Positions 30,679 through 39,272 of a stretch of 64,000 bases of DNA are shown piece after piece. This stretch comes from a virus. Its lineage: Duplodnaviria; Caudoviricetes. Each line of letters begins with the position of its first letter. Position 1 is the stretch's first letter. Made by a program: the position numbers and the translations under genes. The notes below the pieces were generated by a model. It worked only from the letters and a program-made list of their open reading frames with translations. It was not told where the DNA came from and made no database searches. The stretch covers positions 70,928 through 134,927 of IMG/VR virus record IMGVR_UViG_2757320919_000001, one strand, 5' to 3'.

Positions 30679-30738
30679 TCCATTATAATTTTTGGGGAGT
30701 ATATAATAATGTAGCTTAAGAGAGGCTTAATTAATGTG

Positions 30739-30761
30739 ACTCGGACTTACAAAGTCCGAGT
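30739..30761 (-). terminator. hairpin after major capsid gene
   Basis: ACTCGGACTT/AAGTCCGAGT 10-bp stem. Confidence 0.7.
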
Positions 30762-30767
30762 TATCTA

Positions 30768-32165
30768 CTAAGAGATTATGTAGTTATTTAAATTAACAGC
30801 AAATGTTCTGATGAATGCTTCTGGGTGTAATGGAGTAGCAACAACATCATATCTGTTATTTAAAATCATAGCAGGTTGCCCACTTACTGGATCTGTTAAA
30901 TTTTGTTGTAATGTAATGTTATATGGTGCAAAGAAAATACCAGCATCAAAGTTTGATGCTCCTTTGTAAGCAACAGTACAATAATCAAATTCAGCAAAGT
31001 TATCAACAATTACATCGTAACGATTATCGAATTTGCCAACATTTGGTTTAATACCACTGTTAATAGCATCAATTTTACTTCCTGCTGGAGATAAAACAAA
31101 TGATCCAATTTCATCAAGAATTGTAGCAACTTTTGGAGAAACGATTAATTTATTACCACCACCTTTTCTAGTTTGGCGACCGATTTCTCTAGCTTCATTG
31201 CTAATTCTCATACTTAAACCTCTTGCTTTTTCAATAAACCATCTACCATCTGCACTATTAACATCGAAATCAGTACATACAGTAGCAACTTCATTTGCTT
31301 TTTCAATAATAGTTCTGTCAATTTCAAGAGCAACTTCTGCACTTAAAATGTCAGCTAGTTCTTTTTCAGCATTTATTCCGTGTTGTGCTTTTAAGTCTTG
31401 TAACATTTCAATAGTATAAGTACCTTTTACTTTTCTGGTTTTAGCTTCAGCTAACACTCTTTGAACACTGATACCCATTTCTTTCATGTCTTTTCCAAGT
31501 TTTTCACCTGCAGCAGTTGCATAAGGACCAGTATAATTTTTAAGAACTTTTAACCATAAAGCTTCGTTTGTATATACAGCTTCAATAGTTGCTTTTTTAG
31601 TAGCAAATGAAGCTGCTTTATCAATTTCATCACCAATAGCAACAGAACCAGTTGAGTTAGATTCTAAGCGAAGTAATACATTTACCACATCATCTGTACC
31701 TGCTTGTTTCTCACTATATACTATTTTACCTTTAACAGTTGTAGCTGTTTTAAATGAAACTTCAATAGGAGTTCCAGTATAATTAAAGTCATCTTTATTT
31801 CCAGATTCTGTTTTAAGTTTTAAAACAATTGCATTTTTTGTTGGACTAACACTATTATTACCATCACCTACATAGTGTGGAACCATTGCATACAAATAAG
31901 CAGTTGGAGTTTTAAGTGCTTGAACACCAGCTATTTCAGTACCAATTAGACTAGGTAATGCTCTACGAATTACTGGAACTAAGATCGGTGTAAATTGTGC
32001 AATATCACCAGTTACAGTGCTTTCCATAAGCATTTTTACTTCTTTACCTTGATTTTCAAGCACAGTTCTCATTATATTTTTCTCAGATTCATTGAGATTA
32101 GGATATAAGTTGCTTGTAATAAATTTTTCTTTTGTTGATTCATCTAACAAATATTTGTCAGCCAT
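30768..32165 (-). CDS. gp23: major capsid protein
   Basis: LENQ, RRALPSLI..IAGVQ, EAKTRK..YTIEMLQDLKAQHGINAEKEL, FFAPY. Confidence 0.97.
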   Translation of the reverse strand: MADKYLLDESTKEKFITSNLYPNLNESEKNIMRTVLENQGKEVKMLMESTVTGDIAQFTPILVPVIRRALPSLIGTEIAGVQALKTPTAYLYAMVPHYVGDGNNSVSPTKNAIVLKLKTESGNKDDFNYTGTPIEVSFKTATTVKGKIVYSEKQAGTDDVVNVLLRLESNSTGSVAIGDEIDKAASFATKKATIEAVYTNEALWLKVLKNYTGPYATAAGEKLGKDMKEMGISVQRVLAEAKTRKVKGTYTIEMLQDLKAQHGINAEKELADILSAEVALEIDRTIIEKANEVATVCTDFDVNSADGRWFIEKARGLSMRISNEAREIGRQTRKGGGNKLIVSPKVATILDEIGSFVLSPAGSKIDAINSGIKPNVGKFDNRYDVIVDNFAEFDYCTVAYKGASNFDAGIFFAPYNITLQQNLTDPVSGQPAMILNNRYDVVATPLHPEAFIRTFAVNLNNYIIS

Positions 32166-32195
32166 AGTATTTCTCCTTTGGTTAATATGTATTAT

Positions 32196-32977
32196 TTATA
32201 AAAAATTACCATAAGTGGTATTATTTTGTGACTCAGAAAGCTGTTGCTTTCCACCTGTACTTTTTCTACTAATATTTTTTGATTTTAATTCTAGTTTATT
32301 AGCAATAGATCTGAGGTTTGATTCATAAGAAATGGCACCAGTATATGCTACACTTTCAGCAAGTGTATCAAACATGTCTCTATTCCCAATGCTTACTGTA
32401 TTTCTTATATTGTTATATATATTATTTTTTTGAGCCTCTTCTAGTTTCATCTGAAGTTTTTTATTTTTTTCTTCTAACTTTTTAACGTTTTTTCTTTTTT
32501 AACACTTTCATTAATTCTTTTCAATGCATTTATAGGACCACCTACTTTATCAGCGGTTTTAGCACATGCATCAACTACTTCTTTGTTACTACTTTCAACT
32601 AGTATTTCAAGGTTCATTGATCCTTTTTTAACAAATTCATCAACTTTATCCTTAATAATATTTTCAACTAGCTTATTGTAATGTTTTTTTACTCTATTAA
32701 TGGCATTATGCATAACTTTTTGGTTATTTTTATTAACCTGTTGTTTATACATTTCAGCACTCTCTTTTAACATTTTAACTTGTTTTTCATAATGTTTATC
32801 AACTTCAATTGCGTGAATATCAGCAATTTTTAAAGCAGCTTCAACTTTATTATCAACAGCTGCTTCAAATAATTCTTTTATTTCACCAACAACTTCAGGT
32901 GTAAAAACATTTTTATCAAGTTTACTTAAAAGTTCTTCCATGATAATTCCTTTATAATTGTGAAAATAAATCGACAA
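32196..32977 (-). CDS. prohead core/scaffold protein (gp22-like), interrupted by a 1-nt frameshift at ~32488-32500
   Basis: position between gp21 and gp23; helical E/K-rich; ORFs 32474..32977 and 32196..32450 join with one extra A. Confidence 0.7.
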
Positions 32978-33581
32978 ACTGAGAAGTTATACTCTTGTTA
33001 TTTATATTACTTTCATCTGCCTCTACAAGTATACCATTTTTATCTTTAATATAATTTTTATCTTTTAATATACCATTATCAAAAGATTCATTTAGACCTT
33101 TAGTATGTGCATTTCTATCAGACGGATTTGGCACTATATCAAATGTAATTAATTCATATTCTGTAACTGTTCCATTCATTAGTTCGCCACAACCCCTGCT
33201 AGAAACACCTATTGATATACCTTCATCAATTAGGTTCTTTAGTTGATTTGCTTTTGGGTTATCAAGCAATTTTGCTTTCCCCATAACATAATCACCTTCA
33301 ATTCTAAGATCTACTATTTTTGCTACAGCTTCAAGTGGATCAACATATTGTCTATTTGGATGTTGATATTCCATTAAAGAACTTGTAGTAGGGGTAGTTA
33401 TATGATGCTGGTATGAATTAACAGCACTTTCCCAAATAGGTCTTGGATATACTCTACCATTTATATTTTGCTGATTTATAGTTGCAAATATACCTTGTAT
33501 ATAATAATTTTTTTCACCTCTAGACTCGTTTAGTTCTACTGAACCTTTTATTTTTACCGGTTCTTCTATAATTAGTTTCAT
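32952..33581 (-). CDS. gp21: prohead core protease
   Basis: MKLIIE, NINGRVYP, EYQHP, GVSSRGCG, DIVPNPS. Confidence 0.95.
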   Translation of the reverse strand: MKLIIEEPVKIKGSVELNESRGEKNYYIQGIFATINQQNINGRVYPRPIWESAVNSYQHHITTPTTSSLMEYQHPNRQYVDPLEAVAKIVDLRIEGDYVMGKAKLLDNPKANQLKNLIDEGISIGVSSRGCGELMNGTVTEYELITFDIVPNPSDRNAHTKGLNESFDNGILKDKNYIKDKNGILVEADESNINNKSITSQFVDLFSQL

Positions 33582-33745
33582 TTATACTCCTTTAATACTT
33601 TAATTAAAGCTTCATTTTTCTTAATAGTTTCAATGTGATTTACAACTTTTGGATGATTATTATATTCTTGTTGAAGCTTTTTTTGAATTACATTAGAAAG
33701 TCCATCCATGTCTTTTCTTTCAACATATTTTACATAATTATACAT
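33578..33745 (-). CDS. 55-aa head assembly protein (gp67/68 position; not in ORF track)
   Basis: MYNYVKYVERKDMDGLSNV...KEYK; AGGAG RBS; coupled to gp20 and gp21. Confidence 0.6.
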   Translation of the reverse strand: MYNYVKYVERKDMDGLSNVIQKKLQQEYNNHPKVVNHIETIKKNEALIKVLKEYK

Positions 33746-35455
33746 TTATTCTCCTTTTGATAATTTTGTTGCTTTTTTAATTTTTTGATTTATAATATTT
33801 TTAGGTATACCTAATTTGGTAGCTTTTTTAACTATATTTCTTTTATTATCAGATATATCATCTTTAATTTTTAAGTCTTTATTTTCTATATTATCTAGAG
33901 AGTTATCTTCAGATTCATCTTCAATATCATTGTTAAAATTATCTTCATCGTCTGTAATGTCTTCATCGTCTGTGATTTCATTACCAAATTCATCTTCACC
34001 TGGAGTTGTTTGACTACCTTCTTGGAGAATTTCCTCTCTCATTTGGTCTATTTCCTCATCAGTCATTTTTAAAACATTTTTTAGTAAATATGATCTACTA
34101 AATATATCACCTTCATATTCTTTAAATTCAGTATAAAGATCTAGTCTCTGTTTTAATATATCTAAGTTTTGTCTTTCTAGGAAATTAGATTCTTTTTCCC
34201 AACCTATAAAAATATATTTTGAATAGTTATCAAATTCATCTTCTGTAAGAATATTATTTGTTATGGCATATCGTTTCATAATTTCAATTAATAAAACATT
34301 AAATCTTTGTCTTAATCTATTAATAAAAGCAAAAAACTTAATCTCGGTTGATTCTATTGATGTTGAGCTAAAGTCAAATACAGTTTTATTTTCACCCATT
34401 AATCGTGATGTTGGAACTTTTAAAGCATTATATAGTTTATTTTTAAAATAATCTAAATCTCCAGTTTCACCTAAATTTCCAGTTTCATCTAAAACATCTA
34501 CTTGTGTTCCTTTTGTACCACCTCTATTTGGAAAATAATAATCCTCTACCATAGACTGGATTGATGCACCATTTGATATACTACCGGTTTCTGTATTATA
34601 ATATTTTTTATATTTAAATTTATTTTTAATATCTTCAACGGCTGCAATTGCTTTTTCGTACCCAAGATTACCGACATCAATATTAAATACTCTACGAGAC
34701 ACAGATCTTGAATATCTTAACGGTATCATAAGGTCTTCTAATGTTTGTAGTTGATTTACGATTTTTATAACACTATGCAAATGAGATAATATTAAATTAT
34801 CAGAGTATAATCCTGAATCAATTCTTATAATTTCTTCTGGGTCATATACTTCAGAAGTGTCATCTGTTACTCCATAATTATTGCTATTATTAAAATACTG
34901 CCATTTGTTTGTTGATTTGTTAAAATATAACCCTGATGGGTTCATTATAACTGCATCAAGTATATTATTGTTATCATCGTAAGATAAACCTATTATTAGT
35001 TGCCCATCTATATAGAATCTTCTACACAAAACATCTATGTTTTCATTTAACTGCAATATTTCACATGACATATCAAATAACGATTGGAATGCTTCTTTCA
35101 AATTATCAGATAATATATTATCTTTGAACCCTAAATAGCAACAATCAATATTATTAGGTACAAATGACATTTCATTCGTTATTTCATCAATAGCATCTGC
35201 AACTTCAGGATATGCTGCTATTCTTCTGTATTCTTTTATTAAGCTTGCTTGTTTTGATACATCACTAATTATATCCGTCTCAAAATTATTATATCTATAA
35301 TTCCCTTCATCAAAATAACCTAATACAATATCATCTCTTGTAAGGTTGGCTTCTTTATGTGGGTCATCTGATTTAATAGAACCTTCCTGATTTTCTATTT
35401 TTAGAAAGGTTTTTTTGACAGATTCAACTAGACCATTAAACATATTTGCCATCAA
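33746..35455 (-). CDS. gp20: portal vertex protein
   Basis: YR..AAYPEVADAIDEI, RRVFNIDVGNL, EDYYFPNRGGTKGT, LYNALKVPTSR. Confidence 0.97.
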   Translation of the reverse strand: MMANMFNGLVESVKKTFLKIENQEGSIKSDDPHKEANLTRDDIVLGYFDEGNYRYNNFETDIISDVSKQASLIKEYRRIAAYPEVADAIDEITNEMSFVPNNIDCCYLGFKDNILSDNLKEAFQSLFDMSCEILQLNENIDVLCRRFYIDGQLIIGLSYDDNNNILDAVIMNPSGLYFNKSTNKWQYFNNSNNYGVTDDTSEVYDPEEIIRIDSGLYSDNLILSHLHSVIKIVNQLQTLEDLMIPLRYSRSVSRRVFNIDVGNLGYEKAIAAVEDIKNKFKYKKYYNTETGSISNGASIQSMVEDYYFPNRGGTKGTQVDVLDETGNLGETGDLDYFKNKLYNALKVPTSRLMGENKTVFDFSSTSIESTEIKFFAFINRLRQRFNVLLIEIMKRYAITNNILTEDEFDNYSKYIFIGWEKESNFLERQNLDILKQRLDLYTEFKEYEGDIFSRSYLLKNVLKMTDEEIDQMREEILQEGSQTTPGEDEFGNEITDDEDITDDEDNFNNDIEDESEDNSLDNIENKDLKIKDDISDNKRNIVKKATKLGIPKNIINQKIKKATKLSKGE

Positions 35456-35462
35456 TTTCCTT

Positions 35463-35486
35463 TATAAATAATATCAAATATTTATA
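35463..35486. promoter_or_regulatory. overlapping divergent late promoters
   Basis: TATAAATA on + (35463-35470) and on - (35479-35486). Confidence 0.7.
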
Positions 35487-35496
35487 AAGGATACTC

Positions 35497-36198
35497 ATGA
35501 CTAATATACCAAAACAAAATAAATTCGCTTATACAGAAGATAAACCTAAATATATGGATATTAATGGTACAACTAACTATATTTTACCTGGATTTGAATA
35601 TCCATCAGATGTAGCAGTTAAATTTCCACAGTTTTTTGGTGGTAAAGATAATGTTTTTTACCCAGACTTACAAGTAACTTTAACACCTGATAGTTTAACT
35701 TTTGAAAATAGTAAAAAGTCACAAGCAATAACTTATACAGCTACCGATGGGTCATCAATTACATCAGCTGTTGTAACAATAGAACCAAGTGATTTAGCTA
35801 CATGGAATGAAGGTGATAAAACATTTACAGGAAATGAAGAAGGTTCAGGTAAAGCTATATTTGAACTTACAGATGATAAAGGTAGAACAGCTATGAAAGA
35901 ATTACCTTTAACTGTTACAAAAGCAACAGTAGTAACAACTTTAACTCTTTCACCTAATAATTTAACTTTTGCTAATGCAAGTGCTCCAATGCAAGAAGTA
36001 ACAGTTACAACTAATGCTTCAGATTTTACATTAGAATTTAATAATCAAAATATACAAGCTGTTAAATCAGGTAATAAAATTCAAGTAACTCCAAAAACAG
36101 GTAAAACTGGATCATTTACAATCACAGTTAAAGCACAAGCTAGTGGTGGAAATCAAGTATCAAAAACTCTTAATATAACTGTTAATACAGGTGGTTGA
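35497..36198 (+). CDS. Ig-like domain virion protein
   Basis: two Thr/Val-rich beta-sandwich repeats (VTLTPDSLTF / LTLSPNNLTF ...ITV). Confidence 0.65.
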   Translation: MTNIPKQNKFAYTEDKPKYMDINGTTNYILPGFEYPSDVAVKFPQFFGGKDNVFYPDLQVTLTPDSLTFENSKKSQAITYTATDGSSITSAVVTIEPSDLATWNEGDKTFTGNEEGSGKAIFELTDDKGRTAMKELPLTVTKATVVTTLTLSPNNLTFANASAPMQEVTVTTNASDFTLEFNNQNIQAVKSGNKIQVTPKTGKTGSFTITVKAQASGGNQVSKTLNITVNTGG

Positions 36199-36932
36199 TA
36201 ATGGCTACTAGACAAAGCCTCAAAGATTATATTTTTGGAATGTTAGGTTCCCCAGTTATTACTGTGGAACTTACTGATTTCCAAATAGATGAGAATATTA
36301 ATTTTACTATACAAAAGTTTTCTGAGTTTGCTATGTATGGTAAATTAAAAGGCACACTATTAATTGACCTACCTAAAGGTGTGAGAAAAATTAAATTAGA
36401 CCCTAAAATTTCTGAGGTTATAACATTACGAATATATCCAAGTGGCGGAGGTTTTTTAGGGTTAAGTATTCCAGGTGGTTTAGTAATAACACCAACTGAA
36501 ATGCAAGCAATGCTATTTGGTGGAACAGTACAAGGTAACTTCAGCATGCAAAATGTATATTCTGTATTAGCAAATATGTCTATACTTGATACATATTTTA
36601 CAATAATACCAAATTATGCTTTTAATCCATTTACAAATATGTTAGAGTTTTTTGAAGATATAACTTCTGAAAAAGTTTTATTAGAAGTTAGATATAAGTA
36701 TATACCAGAAGAAGAAGATGGGATATACGAGCAACCATGGGTTAAAGAATACGCTTTAAACTTATGTAAAAGAACTTGGGGATCAAATATAGGAAAATAT
36801 GATGCACCATTAATAGGTGGTATTAAAGCTAATTATGAAAGAATTATACAAGAAGCAAATACTGAATTAGAAAGATTAGAAACAGTATTACTAGAAAACT
36901 ATTGTGAACCACTTCCATTATTAAGAGGTTAA
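36195..36932 (+). CDS. gp13: neck protein
   Basis: LKDYI..LGSPVITVELTDFQI, WVKEYA..KRTWGSNIGKY..L.GG. Confidence 0.9.
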   Translation: MIMATRQSLKDYIFGMLGSPVITVELTDFQIDENINFTIQKFSEFAMYGKLKGTLLIDLPKGVRKIKLDPKISEVITLRIYPSGGGFLGLSIPGGLVITPTEMQAMLFGGTVQGNFSMQNVYSVLANMSILDTYFTIIPNYAFNPFTNMLEFFEDITSEKVLLEVRYKYIPEEEDGIYEQPWVKEYALNLCKRTWGSNIGKYDAPLIGGIKANYERIIQEANTELERLETVLLENYCEPLPLLRG

Positions 36933-36958
36933 TCCTCTTAATATGATAAAGGAGAAAC

Positions 36959-37258
36959 ATGTATGAAGTACTAACACCAAATGGATTTAGTGATTTTGAT
37001 GATATATCAAGAGAAAAAAAAGATGTATATAAAGTAATAACAGAAGATGATTTTATAAAAGTAACAAAAGGTCATAAATTTGAAACACCTAATGGTTTTA
37101 AACAATTAAAACATCTTAAAATTAATGATTTAATAAAATATAAAAATAAGTTTTCAAAAATTGTTTCAATAGATTATATTGGGGTAGAATATGTATATGA
37201 TTTAATTAATGTACATAAAAATAACGAGTATTATACAAATAATTTTGTTTCACACAAT
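36959..37258 (+). other. split intein C-fragment (100 aa)
   Basis: VLTPNGF, VTKGHKF (block B), VYDL (F), SHN (G), Cys+1. Confidence 0.88.
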
Positions 37259-38287
37259 TGTGCGTTTATAGATAAATGGTCAGAATTTAGTAACTCTGTA
37301 ATACCTACAATATCCGCATCTAAAAAATCACAAATAATAGCAGCTTCTACACCAGTGGGGTTAAATCATTGGTATAAAATGTGGTCAGATGCTGTTGAAG
37401 GCAAGAGCTCATATAAACCTTTTAAAGTTGAATGGTGGAAAGTACCAGGTAGAGATGAAAATTATAAAGAGCTTATGATAAAAACTCTCGAGGGAGGTAT
37501 TAGAACCTGGAACCAAGAGTATGCATGTGAATTTATAGGAAGTTCTGATACTCTTGTTGATATGACTGTTTTATCTAATATTAAATTTGGAAATACTTTA
37601 AGAGAACCAAATTTTGGTGAAACAATAAGAGTATATGAAGCCCCACAAGAGAATCACAAATATATGGTTCTAGCTGATGCTGCAAAAGGTGCGATAGATG
37701 GTTTTGTATTTCATGTGATAGATGTAACAAATATTCCTTTTAAACAAGTAGCGTCAGGAAAAATACCAGAATCTTATTTGATGGCACCACCTATTTTTTA
37801 TAATATTTTAAGAACATACAATGAGGCTATGTTTGTATGTGAAAATAATGAGGGTGCTGGTACAAGCGTGGTTGATTTACTATTCCAAATGTATGAATAT
37901 GAAAACATATACCAAGAGCCAGATAAAAAATGGTTAGGAGTCAGGACAACTAAAAGCAATAGAAGTAAAAATCTTAGTAACATGAAACTTTTTATTGAAA
38001 ATAACAAATTGATATTACAAGATGAACCAACTGTTAAAGAACTGCTGACATTTTGTAATGTTAATGGAAAATACCAAGCACAAAATTCAAAAGCCCATGA
38101 TGATTATGTTATGGCATTAAGTCTTTTGTTTGTACCTTTATTAGATTTAAATAATATAGTTGATTACGATGTATTTTTAAATAAAATAAACGGTGATTCT
38201 GAAACAACTGATGGTGATGTAAAATATTTACAAATGGGATTTTTTGATGATGGTACTTCATCATTTTATGGTATTTTTGATGATTAA
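36959..38287 (+). CDS. gp17: C-intein fragment + terminase large subunit C-terminal half
   Basis: VYDL..YYTNNFVSHN|CAFI; ASTPVGLNHWY, QEYACEF, ENN..G, HDDYVMAL. Confidence 0.92.
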   Translation: MYEVLTPNGFSDFDDISREKKDVYKVITEDDFIKVTKGHKFETPNGFKQLKHLKINDLIKYKNKFSKIVSIDYIGVEYVYDLINVHKNNEYYTNNFVSHNCAFIDKWSEFSNSVIPTISASKKSQIIAASTPVGLNHWYKMWSDAVEGKSSYKPFKVEWWKVPGRDENYKELMIKTLEGGIRTWNQEYACEFIGSSDTLVDMTVLSNIKFGNTLREPNFGETIRVYEAPQENHKYMVLADAAKGAIDGFVFHVIDVTNIPFKQVASGKIPESYLMAPPIFYNILRTYNEAMFVCENNEGAGTSVVDLLFQMYEYENIYQEPDKKWLGVRTTKSNRSKNLSNMKLFIENNKLILQDEPTVKELLTFCNVNGKYQAQNSKAHDDYVMALSLLFVPLLDLNNIVDYDVFLNKINGDSETTDGDVKYLQMGFFDDGTSSFYGIFDD

Positions 38288-38316
38288 TATAAATATCTTA
38301 AAAAAGGATTATTAAG

Positions 38317-38538
38317 ATGCCACCTATTAAACATATGAATGTAGCTGATAGAATAGCACAAAAAAGATATAGAAAACAACCAAAAGTTAGAAGAAAACTA
38401 AAAATAAGAGCTAAAAAAAATGCAAAAGCTCCTTCCGAAAATATGTCATGGTCTTCTAAAAAGAGAGGATATGTTAGAAAAGATCCAAAATTAAGAAGAA
38501 CCATGAAATTAGTAGCTAAATTAAGAAGAAAGTCATAA
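38317..38538 (+). CDS. small very basic protein
   Basis: K/R-rich 73 aa; TATAAATA and AAGGA upstream. Confidence 0.65.
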   Translation: MPPIKHMNVADRIAQKRYRKQPKVRRKLKIRAKKNAKAPSENMSWSSKKRGYVRKDPKLRRTMKLVAKLRRKS

Positions 38539-38540
38539 TA

Positions 38541-39272
38541 ATGGGCTTAAACAAGTTTGATTCTGTTGATTATATTTTAAGTTCTGGACAAAGACCTTTT
38601 AGATATAAAGTATCATTAACTTTACCTACTAAAATAGCAAAAATATCAGGTGCTTTATATGATAATGCAGTTAATATATTGTGCAAAGGTACTACCTTAC
38701 CAGCACCTTCTATATTAACTACACCTGTTGGTTTAGATGGTAGAACTATAAACATACCAACATTAATGAAACTTGATAATACTACAAATATGATATTTTT
38801 TATAGATGAAAAATCAAGTGTAAGGCGTATATTAGAATATTGGCATTTTTGTATAGATTCAGGTATAACCGCAAATGAAGAAACACCATCAGTTCCTGGT
38901 GCTGGTGTTGCTAATATTGTAGGATCAGTTGCTAATATTGGAGCAGGTTTTATATCTGATATTACAAGTGATATACCAATTGTTGGTAATGCTGTTAATA
39001 GTTTCCTAGGTATAAATAAAGGTATAAGTGGTAATACTGATATTAATATGACTGGTGAATTGAAATTAACATTATTAAATTATAGTGGCAATGCTGTTGG
39101 AAGTTATACATATAAAAATATATTTCCTATTGATGTGACCGGAAGTGATATGCAAGATGATCAAACAGAAACAATTAATGAATTTAGCGTAACATTTGGA
39201 TATACACATTATGTATACAAAAAAGAAACAGAATCTATTATAGATGCTGTTACAGGAATAGTGGGGTTATGA
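38541..39272 (+). CDS. tail tube-family protein (gp19/gp54-like)
   Basis: RPFRY, LCKGTTLP, NIFPIDV, EFSVTFGY. Confidence 0.8.
   Translation: MGLNKFDSVDYILSSGQRPFRYKVSLTLPTKIAKISGALYDNAVNILCKGTTLPAPSILTTPVGLDGRTINIPTLMKLDNTTNMIFFIDEKSSVRRILEYWHFCIDSGITANEETPSVPGAGVANIVGSVANIGAGFISDITSDIPIVGNAVNSFLGINKGISGNTDINMTGELKLTLLNYSGNAVGSYTYKNIFPIDVTGSDMQDDQTETINEFSVTFGYTHYVYKKETESIIDAVTGIVGL

Noticed and set aside
26010-30730. Group I intron joining nrdA pieces across the hef genes
   Set aside because: Intergenic gaps are too short for a ribozyme core, no upstream exon is adjacent, and the fragment has its own promoter and RBS
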